Shown here: piece by piece, positions 38,540-48,365 of the stretch
Layout of the letters: the number at the start of each line of letters is the position of its first letter
Numbering within the stretch: position 1 is the first letter of the stretch
Source: Laetmonice hystrix
Lineage: Eukaryota
Direction of reading: 5' to 3'
Assembly (NCBI GenBank): GCA_965235115.1
Contig: OZ249436.1
Coordinates: 12,712,001 to 12,776,000 of the forward strand
Length of the DNA stretch: 64,000 nucleotides
Notes under the pieces: generated by a model
Told to the model about the DNA's origin: nothing
Database searches by the model: none
What the model saw: the letters and a program-made list of their open reading frames with translations, nothing else
Made by a program: the position numbers and the translations under genes

Positions 38540-38930
38540 GGCCAAAAAAAAAAAAAAGTTTCGTTTCTTGTCCTTTCATATAAAAAAATTGGTGCGGTGA
38601 CGCGGTTTTTTGTTTTTTTTCATCTTTCTTTTTTTTGGGGGGATGCAACTAGACAACGGCCGATTCTTCGAATGCAATTGCTGTTGGGTACATAAATCTT
38701 GAAGAAAAGACTAATGCAATGATGTTCAATGTTTTAGAATGTGTAAAACTCACATAAAATCAACAAGACTAACAGAAAAACGCCAACGCCAAAGAACCGT
38801 TGCAACGTTCTGTCACAGCGCTACACTGCCCACCATATGAAGCAGTCGGATTTGAAAAAAAAAGACTTGACGCCGGGGTTTTTAGGTGACGCGCGCGGGG
38901 ACAAGAAACGAATCTATTTTTTTTTTGGCC
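38540..38930. mobile_element. MITE with TTA TSD
   Basis: TTA-GGCC(A)n..TTCGTTTCTTGTCC / GGACAAGAAACGAA..(T)nGGCC-TTA. Confidence 0.8.
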
Positions 38931-39679
38931 TTACCGGGTACTAAATAATATTAACTCACATGGCCTCAAGTGAACGAAAAAAGTCTAAAAATTGTCATAC
39001 CTTTTTAGAACAAATGTTGGTATGGCAACCAGCTACTTATTAGCAAATATCAGTCTATTTAATTCTATGCTAAAATGCCTCCTTAGCTTAGTTAATTCAC
39101 TGCTTCAGAACCACTTGCACAGTGCTGCCGCCACGCGGAAAAGGCACCTCATGACATTAGCTCCCCCCCCCCCCCCCCCCCCCGATCCGCCCCTGACTTC
39201 TCAGCCACAGTATCTGGGCCACCGTATCTACATGCAGCCGTTCTGTTCTTTGACTCCGTACCGCCACAGATAGACTGTTCCCTGTTGGACGGCTCACTCC
39301 GCCAGGGGACCCCCTCGCCCCTAGCGGGAGAACAGTGAAACCGTGGTCTGCCACTACGCGCACCTTGCCGCGGGGGCAGGGAACCAGCCAGCGCGGGGGG
39401 GGGGGGGGGGGGGGCGCAATTATGCAGGAAGGCGTAGTACCTCGATAAATCCATACTAAATTAAGTGTATTCCCTATGTGAGCCTATTATTATAAATAAT
39501 AGGTAAAATCTTAGTTGAAATGATTTGTAAGATTGCCTAGAGAATAACAAAATAAATTGAGGGAATATAATTGATGACACCTATGACAGCATTACGAGAA
39601 ACTAAAGATTAGCGTTCGATTTCATCGATTCAACGTTGCTAGAAAGGCACGTATTGACCTAGATTGGGAAAAGGTAAAG

Positions 39680-39777
39680 ATGGCGGAAGAAAACGGACAG
39701 GCGTATGATCCTTTCACGGCTAACATGCAAGATGGCGGGACAAACGACCAGTCTCCACAGGAAGGATTTAGAGATAG
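39680..39777 (+). CDS. MYEF2: hnRNPM/MYEF2 exon 1
   Basis: aagATGGCG context; MAEENGQAYDPF...GFRD(R); GTAAAG donor, phase 2 matches exon 2. Confidence 0.8.
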
Positions 39778-42700
39778 GTAAAGTCTGACACATTATTTAG
39801 CGAATGGAACTACTGTTACTGGTTAAAAACGGAGCACATGCATTCCCAATCTAGTCGAGTCTATGGTACCACATTGTCATTGTCCCATGCCAGGCATGGC
39901 CAAGGCGGCATAGCCTTGCCTGCCGGCTTCCCAACAAATACAATGCCAATGGCAATGTGTGGTCTAGCAAGTCCGTGACCGTGTGTTTCCCCAATGCCAA
40001 TGGTAATGTATGCCTAGTAGATCTAGTTCGCTGATAGTCTTAGATAGATCTACTAGCACAAAGGCATCTGTAGGATATTATTTTAGCCATTGATTGACTG
40101 CCTGCTTTTTCCGTATTGACAATAATAAATAAGGCCACTTAAAATTAATAAATTGTTTTACATGACTCCAACTTCTGAAATGTTGGTGAGTAGGGCATTT
40201 TATATTTTATATTTTTCCTCGACAAGAAGAAGGACAGCAGAGATCACCAATACTGGAAAAATACTTTTATTAAGTTTTAATTTTGTACAGCCCTTCTATA
40301 CCTTGAGGGTCACTTAACTCACTTTAAATGTAACACCTTGACAGAACTGTGGGAGACGGTTTTGGGGATGAAAAAAACGGACTTTTTGAAAAATATAAAA
40401 TATAAAAAAAATAGAGGCGGCCGGCCATGTAAAACAATTTATTAATTTTAAGTGGCCTAAGGTGAATAATCAATATTGTTCAAACTGTTGAAAATGAAAG
40501 TGTTGAAAAATTGCTAACGTGTGTGACATTTTTGGAAAAATGCCCCCTCCCCTCCCACTCCGAGGCCGATGCCCTCGGGATGTGGCCATGCATAGGCCAA
40601 CTAGAAGCTTTCAGCGAATTTGCTTATTCCTTCTGCTCATGAATATCCGATTGTTCAGCACTATCAGCAGTATACCTACCGTAACAATAATAAATTCGAA
40701 ACCAAAGTTTGCCACGATATAACTATCCAAAGGTCGGGTGGGGGGCAGGGGGAAATAATGCTCACCAACTTTTGCTCATATATGATATGCACTGTGCCGC
40801 ACATAAAATGTAGCTATTTAGTTTCAAGCTCTCGTTCGTTTCTGTTAACAGATCTCGCTCTAGATCGCCAGTAAGAAAAAGTTCACGATCACGTTCAAGA
40901 TCGCCGAGAGACTGGAAGCGGTCTGAACGTGGAAGAGGGGACCGGGACCGTGACCGTGGTGACCGAAGTCGGGATCGGGACAGAGATCGTGGCAACCGTA
41001 CTGTGAACCAGAAGCGCCTTTATGTTTCAAACATTCCATATGAACTGCGTTGGCAGGATCTGAAAGACCTGTTCAGAGATAGGGGTTAGTTTCTTTTTAA
41101 TGCCTGTCATAATCATTGTTCAGACACTTCCTGAAATTCATATAATGTGCAGCATTTGTTTGTCGGTAGATCGTCAGAGCCCCTCCCTCTTTACATCAGG
41201 AGCATTGCATAAAAATGACAACTGTGTAAAACCTCAAAGGTTCAGTATGTATTCACAGACAGTAAATTTTAGGTGGATTTCCATTTTTTTTAGATTGAGC
41301 TGCCACCAAAAATGCACTAAATTTGTGTTATAATTTTGAAATTTTCCTACCTTTGGCCACAAAATCATAAGTTTCTGTGATTTAGATATTTTCTCCTGTT
41401 CATGTCTATACTCAATGCAATATTTGTAATGTTGTTTTACACAAGGTTGATTGATTATCATTTCTTGCAGTTGGAGAGGTAACCTTTGTGGAGTTATATG
41501 ATACTCCAGAAGGAAAACCTTGTGGAGCAGGGTGAGTGTGTTTGATATGTGAGAAAGTCTCCTCAGTCAGAAGCATAATTTATCGTTTATTTAATGTATA
41601 AGTTGAGGTTTCCCACATATCTGTCCATTCAAAACTAAATCTTACTTTAAACAGAGGTTCTGTGACATAGACATAGTAGTCAGTATATGGTCAATTCCTA
41701 TTGTGGTTGGGCAAGTCCAACAGACCAAAGACGACGGCTAGTGCTCTGATACAACACAGACTTAATAACAAATATATAGAGGGCATGTGGATGTCAGAGC
41801 TGGGCAACTGGAATTTTGTAGTTGCACTTGTCTTGTGGCAAGTGATCAATTTGAAAAATCGTCCATAATTCACAAATTGGATCAACTTATCGATCTTACA
41901 TTAGAAGGGAATTCTGTTTTAGTCTCAAGGTGACATTTGAACTGAGATGGATTTTTCCCCTCGTCCACAATCTGATGAGTGCAGTGGTAGTGTTTTCTAA
42001 CAAGATATCTAATATTGTTGCGTCTAACCACAGTTGTTGCTCTGTATTTTAGTAGGAAGTCTCTTCTTTCAGAATTGTAGAATTCAAAGACAAAGAAACG
42101 GCTGCAAAAGCCATCGAAATCATGCACAAATATGAAATGAAAGGAAGAAAGATTATTGTTAGAGAGGTAGGTCATTAAGTTATTCATTTGAACTTTCACA
42201 TCATAATGAGCATACAGCAACTTTCTCATATTATTGAAGAAATGTTCCCAAGTAGAATTTCAAAACAATTCAACACTATTGGTAGTTGTCGCATTCACTG
42301 TGCGTAAGTGATATGTGATAATATGGCATCTGTTTCAGGAACGTGAAACAGACCGACGTCGCCATGTTAGACATCATCAGTCTATGGGATCCCAAGGCCC
42401 AAATATGGGACCTGGAGATATGGGCATGGGAGGCAACATGGGCGGTGGAATGGGCATGGGCGGCGGAATGGGCGGCAACATGGGCGGAGGCGGCATGGGA
42501 GGAGGCATGGGCGGTGGAATGGGAGGAAATATGGGTGGCGGAATGGGAGGCAACATGGGCGGAGGAATGGGAGGCGGAATGGGAGGAGGTAAGATGTTTC
42601 GTTTCGTTATTGTTGGTTGTTTTTATTTTAAAGTCTGTCGTATGTTGTGATCGGGCATAGTTTACTTAAGTTGCACTGATACAGTGGAGTCCGGTTGACG

Positions 42701-45700
42701 AAGTTTGAAAATTGAGTCTATTTGGTAGGTGTCTAGGGGGGTTCATACCCTCAGGATACCAATGTGAGAAAAAGACGGAAGTGCAGCGACTTCTCATCCC
42801 AGATAGATTATAGATAGGCCTCGGCCTACAAACCATGGCCTCAGGCGGCAAAAGTCGGCATTGGTGAATTCGTTATAAGCGTGTTCGTTATAACCAGACT
42901 CCACTGTATAGTGATAGTGATAACATAATTTTGAGAAACAGTTTCCCCAGTGCTTTAACTGCATTGAAGGAGTTAATGTGAGAATATTTCTTCATAGGCT
43001 ATCTTTAGACTGCATACACAGTGACATGTACAGTGTGTGTAGAAATGTATGCATGAACAACTGAGTTATTTATTAAATGGTTTATTTTATCGATTTTGAC
43101 AGGATTACTTTCACAACCATTAAACAGAAATGCTATATTATCTATTATCTATCAGCTTTATGCTGAGCAGAGAAACAAAGGATTTTTGAGTTTTTGCAAT
43201 TCAGTTATAAAATTCAAATGTTGGTTTTTCTAGAGGCTTTCAGACCTGTCTACAATCATATTTGCCTGTTGGACACTGACCTCCATAGTATCGTGTTGAC
43301 AGGATTGTGTGGTGGATTGGTTTTAAAAGATAGCAAATTTCTGTATAGAAACTTGTTGTTCATTCAGATGTGGTCTCTAAAATGGGGCTATCGCCTGGTA
43401 CTGGGATGTCTGGTGGTATGGGCGGTGGTATGGGAAGTTCGGGAAACTCTGGTATCACACCACAACTTCTGCAGCAGCTGGGCATCGAAGGTCCCGTTAC
43501 CAACCAAGTCTTCATAGCCAATGTAAGCACTAAGTACACAAATTTGCACTGCTGATTACACTCCTTCCACCTGGATTTGGTTATACAGTAACCAATCAAT
43601 TAAAATTTCAGTAGCAAGGTAATGTCCAGATAATGAACAGCTGATTGGTTCCAGTTGATAAATCATGAGTGATTTTGGTAAGCATAGATAGTTTGCATGA
43701 CATCTGTCTCATTGAATGGATAAGTAAACATGTTCAGTTGTAAAATCAAGAAGCTAATTATGAAGATGAAATTAGGAACTTTCAGTTTCACTGAGGCAAT
43801 TTGTTTCAGTGATAATTAGTTTGAAACTGGGTGTTTGCGAGGATAGGATTTTTGTTTATTGTAGATCACTCTACTGTTCAAAATTCACTCAAGAAATTTT
43901 AGAATTAAATGAGGCCTTAATTAGCAGGAATTATAAATATTGGAAAGATTTCTGTTTTCTATGGGATGTACTGGGTGTATCTATTATTCAGATATTCACA
44001 TCAATGTAGTGCCCAGTGGTTGTATTAATCACAGTGAAGGGTAATCCAATAAAATTGTTATTTTAGCTGGACTACAAGGTGACCATCAAAAAGTTGCGGG
44101 ACATTTTCAAAATGGCTGGCAACATTATCAACGCAGATCTGAAGGTTGACAAAGATGGGAAATCACGTGGAATGGGTATCATTCAATTTGAGCACCCAAT
44201 GGAGGCAATACAAGCCATCTGTATCCTTGGTCTTTCATTAAAGGTTTTCCTTTAAGAAATTCAGTGCAATTTACAAAGAAAGAGTATACATTCACCATCA
44301 ATGGACATTAAATTTCCTGTTAAAAATAAAAGCACATTCACCAGCAAAAGATGGTTTGTGGGTGCTGGCATGTTGTTTGGGGGGAACATGTAAGATTGGT
44401 CTGTCAAGGAGAGGGAAAAAGAGCGAGAAAGATCATGATTGGCGGGCAAATAAGAAAGAAATTAAGTTATAAAACAACAAAGTTGAAATTGGGGATGCGA
44501 CATGCATCATTATTTTTGCAGCAGGTGCGCCCGCTGCACCCGCTTTTATGACCTTTTGCTACCATTGTGATGCACTCAACCATTTCCGTCTTGCACCTGC
44601 CAATTTGCTCAGTAATTCCTCCCACTGGTCCTGCCATCCGAGCTGGCATAAACTGCACGCTTAGACCAAGGGGACCATATAAATTGAGCGAGGATTCTTG
44701 GTCTGAGGTAATACAGTAGATAACTTAGTATTTAATATAAGGTTTTAATACTTCGGTTTTTAATATTGTGACTTTCTTTTAATCTAAGTATGATCCGGGT
44801 GCACTAAAAAAAATTTGAATAGGGACCCTTCACGCCCAGTGGGCTCACCCTCTTCCAATTTCAAACCCTTATGTCATTCTCTTTGATGAAGATTCTGCGT
44901 TGAGTTGACCAAAATGTTGGCAGGTATGTAGGCGCATCATACCTTATGGATTTTGGTTCATTAGGAATTTAGGACTCGATATAATTGGTTGATTTCCTTG
45001 ATAAAATTTTATCAGCTATGTTCAATGGCCAGATTCTATTTGATCGTCCTATGAGCGTACGCATGGACAAAATGGCAGAACAGAATAGTCCTGCCCAGTC
45101 ACCACCAAGCAGACTACCGAGTAGGTTACTTACTGTTACTATTATCATAAAAGGTATTGGATTTATAGACAGATTGCTTATTGGTGATGTGTCCCAACAT
45201 ATTAACACGTTATCAGCCAGGGTCATGTTACTGCTTTTGACAGCTTAGCCTACTCGTCGTATTTCGGTATGCTGAATTTAAGGTAATTTTCAGTTCTCAA
45301 AGAAAGGTTTTAGACATTATAAGAGGCTAAGACGTACATTTTGGTTATTATAAGGTCCCTCTTTGTCAAGGTTTTTTAACTTGGCATATTAAAAGACCCT
45401 GACTTATTAATTATTAGAACAAGTGGCAGGTTTCTTTCTCAGTTCATTCTTGTGATCTCCTTGGATGCATGGAAAGAGCACCTGCCAACATTGAACTGTG
45501 AGGCCTTGTAAACTTATTTAGAAATGGTAATTTTTTGTTCCAGGTGGTTTGAAGACAATAGGGATGGGTTTAGGGGTGAACGGAGCACCACTAACAAACA
45601 TCTCCCAGCTCTCTCAAAGCCTCATCACAATGGGCGGGAGCAGTAGCGGGAGCAGTGGAGGCAGCCTAGGAATGGGCATGGGTGGAAACATGGGAGGAGG

Positions 45701-47639
45701 AAGCAACATGGGTAGGTTCATGTTATATCTTCGAGTCTAGCTCAGCTGTAGCAAAAACGTTTTTGGTGTGGGAACTGGAGCAGAATTTTAACTTTTATAG
45801 TCCACCCAAGTGACATGGCAAAACAGTAGGAAATTAGTAAACAATTTACAGCCCTGCCAAACATAGAGCTATCCGATTCAAGACTGTCAGTCGGGCATAA
45901 ATGTTTAAGGCTGTCCACATGTGCGACCTGATGGTTGGCCTATGATGTTATGTTGGAGCTCCTGCTAGTCAGTTTGTGTAATCGCCCAGCATGCCACCAA
46001 TTGTTCTGAACCTCCCTCGTTGAAGATTGACTACTCTGACTTGAATGCTGATGGTCCGGTCAGTGAAACGACCCCATCTGGACATATTCAGTTGATCATT
46101 ATTGCAGAGAAGTTTCTTGGACTTGGCTCACCTTTTAAATTTAAGCTGGAGGCTAGTTATTGGGGGTCCATTTTCAGCCTTTGTCCATTGAGAAGTTTTG
46201 GAAAATCTGTGAGGCACTTGTTTTGACTTTTATTGCTTTGAATTACAAAAATGTATTGCTTTATAATCACTCCATTTGGCCTCTTTTCAGGAAACATGGG
46301 TGGTGGCAACATGGGAGGATTGGGAGGAATGGGAATGGGTAACAACATGGGTGGTGGTATGGGTGGAGGCATGGGCACAGGGATGTCATCTGGTATGGGT
46401 GGTGGTATGGGATCAGTGGGTTCAGGAATGGGTTCAGGTATGGGCAGTAACATGGGATCCAGCATGGGAGGAGGGTTTGGCGATATGATTGGGGGGATGG
46501 GAGGTGGCATGGGAAGTATGGGTTCTAACATGGGATCTGGAATGGGCAGTATGGGCAGCAGCATGGGAAGTATGGGAGGGAACATGGGTGGTGGGCAAAA
46601 CAGTGGGATGGGCAACATGGGTATGGGAGGCATGGACAGTAACTTGGGCATGGGTGGTATGGACAGTTTCAGTATGGGCAATAACATGGGTGGTATGGGG
46701 CTGATGGGAATGGGTGGTGGTTCGGGCAACCCCCGTGGCCTCGGCATGTCATCTCGGGGCAGCAACACAAACAACAAAGGCAGAGGCATTGACATAGACA
46801 ACTGCACAGTGTTTGTAAGAAACGTGAGTGAAATTTTGTTTGTAAGAAACGTTGACTGATATTCTTTTTTTAAGTCGTCTATTGTGATATATGAAGAAGG
46901 TATGGTGAAGAAGTACTAAAGGAAACTGGGAGAAAAACACTTTTGGTATACTTTTAAAGGTCAGTTCCTTAGAAACAGCAAGGCACCTTTGAAGCAGTCT
47001 GTGTATTTTATAGTCTTGTAGTTAATTGGTGTTGTATTGACATTCAATCACAGTTGCCATACACATACACCTGGCAGAACCTGAAGGAAAAGTTCAGACA
47101 TATAGGTAAGTTGAATATTTTAAATTTACATAGAGGCAGTGCAAAAACGAAAAAGAGATGAAAATGATAATTACAGAAAATTCATATCAATATATATTCA
47201 AACATTTTATGTGTAATATTTATTATTTAGTAAATAATCAATTTACTTTATGTAATTTCACTATTAGGTGATGTAAAATATGCTGCCATCCGCATGGAAA
47301 ACAACAAGTCCAAGGGCTGTGGTGTTGTCCGTTTCACGACACAAGATGAAGCACGACGTGCAATCCGTATCCTTCTTTTGCATAGTTCTGTTAGAATAGG
47401 TTGTGAATATCTGACATCATGTAATTTCCTAATCTGAAAGAATATTTTCGAGACATTGCAATACTGTTTTTATTTCGGTCAAGAAATATTCTTAAGTACC
47501 ATGGTTTAGCTGGGGAAATTGGTTGACCATATCAGGGTAAGTATGTCTATACAATGTATCCTTGACCAGTATTTCAGACGTCATGAATGGAGCACGGATT
47601 GAAGGTCGTGAGATAGAGGTCAGGATGGACAGCCGCTAA
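39680..47639 (+). CDS. MYEF2: hnRNP M / myelin expression factor 2 family protein (3 RRMs, N-terminal RS domain, Gly/Met-rich linkers), 687 aa, 13 exons
   Basis: Exons 39680-39777, 40852-41084, 41471-41531, 42073-42166, 42339-42588, 43368-43522, 44067-44220, 45016-45120, 45544-45711, 46291-46823, 47054-47105, 47268-47366, 47578-47639 join in one frame (2064 nt). RRM1 LYVSNIPYELRWQDLKDLF, RRM2 VFIANLDYKV...GKSRGMG...EAIQAISMFNGQILFDRPMSVRMD, RLPSGLKTIGMGLG, RRM3 VFVRNLPYTYTWQNLKEKF...SKGCGVVRF match the hnRNPM/MYEF2/Rump family. Confidence 0.95.
40134..40457. mobile_element. MITE with TAA TSD in MYEF2 intron 1
   Basis: Perfect TIR GGCCACTTAAAATTAATAAATTGTTTTACATG; TSD TAA. Confidence 0.88.
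40852..41084 (+). CDS. MYEF2: hnRNPM/MYEF2 exon 2 (RS/RD region, start of RRM1)
   Basis: SRSRSPVRKSSRSRSRSP...LYVSNIPYELRWQDLKDLFRDR. Confidence 0.92.
41471..41531 (+). CDS. MYEF2: hnRNPM/MYEF2 exon 3
   Basis: VGEVTFVELYDTPEGKPCGAG; ttgcag / GTGAGT. Confidence 0.92.
42073..42166 (+). CDS. MYEF2: hnRNPM/MYEF2 exon 4
   Basis: IVEFKDKETAAKAIEIMHKYEMKGRKIIVRE. Confidence 0.93.
42339..42588 (+). CDS. MYEF2: hnRNPM/MYEF2 exon 5 (GM-rich)
   Basis: ERETDRRRHVRHHQSMG...(MGGG)n; tttcag / GTAAGA. Confidence 0.9.
42682..42906. mobile_element. Tc1/mariner-pogo-like MITE in MYEF2 intron 5
   Basis: TA-CAGTGGAGTC ... GACTCCACTG-TA. Confidence 0.75.
43368..43522 (+). CDS. MYEF2: hnRNPM/MYEF2 exon 6
   Basis: ...GITPQLLQQLGIEGPVTNQVFIAN; GTAAGC donor. 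Confidence 0.9.
44067..44220 (+). CDS. MYEF2: hnRNPM/MYEF2 exon 7 (RRM2)
   Basis: LDYKVTIKKLRDIFKMAG...GKSRGMGIIQFEHPMEAIQAI; ends at GTATCCTT. Confidence 0.93.
44221..45015 (+). other. U12-type GT-AG intron (MYEF2 intron 7, 795 bp)
   Basis: 5'ss GTATCCTT; branch TTTCCTTGAT 44993-45002; AG at 45014-45015 without a polypyrimidine tract. Confidence 0.9.
45016..45120 (+). CDS. MYEF2: hnRNPM/MYEF2 exon 8
   Basis: (S)MFNGQILFDRPMSVRMDK...SRLP. Confidence 0.93.
45544..45711 (+). CDS. MYEF2: hnRNPM/MYEF2 exon 9
   Basis: (S)GLKTIGMGLGVNGAPL...SNM; phase 1-1. Confidence 0.9.
46291..46823 (+). CDS. MYEF2: hnRNPM/MYEF2 exon 10 (large GM-rich exon, start of RRM3)
   Basis: ORF track 46251-46859; ttttcag acceptor; ends DNCTVFVRN / GTGAGT. 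Confidence 0.92.
47054..47105 (+). CDS. MYEF2: hnRNPM/MYEF2 exon 11
   Basis: LPYTYTWQNLKEKFRHI; GTAAGT donor. Confidence 0.93.
47268..47366 (+). CDS. MYEF2: hnRNPM/MYEF2 exon 12
   Basis: GDVKYAAIRMENNKSKGCGVVRFTTQDEARRAI; ends at GTATCCTT. Confidence 0.93.
47367..47577 (+). other. U12-type GT-AG intron (MYEF2 intron 12, 211 bp)
   Basis: 5'ss GTATCCTT; branch TCCTTGAC 47559-47566; AG at 47576-47577. Confidence 0.9.
47578..47639 (+). CDS. MYEF2: hnRNPM/MYEF2 exon 13 (last coding)
   Basis: (H)VMNGARIEGREIEVRMDSR*; TAA 47637-47639. Confidence 0.92.
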
Positions 47640-48359
47640 AGGGTACAGTCTCTAAGTCTTTAGTCCCTTTGTCTGGTCGTCATGCCTACTGGTGGCTTCC
47701 ATCTTGATGTGGGACTAAGGCATAGATTTTGGTCCGTCTCCGTCTGCAGCGGGTTTTTCGTCCGTGTTACACAGTTTGCAGTACTGGTTCATCAGTCGCT
47801 AGCTTCTTGAGCTTTGCCACAAGCAGAGGGTGCCACTTGGTGGCCATCAGTCCGATACATAGAACTCTATAGCCTAAGGAAGGCAACTGACTGTGGATGT
47901 TTGATTCATATTGACATTAGTCATTGAATTTAGTCCTCTGTTTTATTTCAAGAACCGTTTTCATTGGAATTTACTATATCATCACTCCAAGGTCCTTGAC
48001 GTTCATTGTGCACTTGGTTTAGATTTCTATTAAATAATTTCACCAATGTCGTGGTGATTTTTTTAGATGCACTATATTTTGTATGACTTTGAGAGACACT
48101 GATATCCTGGACAGTATGCTGGAAAGTTATGGTGGAAAGAAGGGGTATCTAGCCATATGTGGTGATTTTCATTCGGTGCTCTGAGTGCCAAGGCTTCGCA
48201 CAGTGGGCATGTGTTGAAAGGTCAGACAGAAGGAAAGTAGGTTACACCTATATATTGGTATATTTGATTTTATAAATGCGTATTCCACCTGTACACCCAT
48301 TGCTCAACTCACTTCAGATTGGATCTATATGCAATATATATCATAGATCATTAGACAAA

Positions 48360-48365
48360 AATAAA
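48360..48365 (+). terminator. candidate polyadenylation signal of MYEF2 (distal candidate at 52388-52393)
   Basis: AATAAA about 720 nt after the stop, followed by GT-rich sequence. Confidence 0.5.

Noticed and set aside
39285..39350. GC-rich hairpin with CCCTCG loop resembling an HDV-like ribozyme
   Set aside because: No P2 or P1.1 pseudoknot and no J4/2 motif.
40762..40995. Minus-strand ORF with RS-like repeats
   Set aside because: Antisense reading of MYEF2 exon 2; the plus frame runs into RRM1.
46157..46807. 216-aa Pro/Met-rich ORF on the minus strand
   Set aside because: Antisense shadow of the GM-repeat exon 10.
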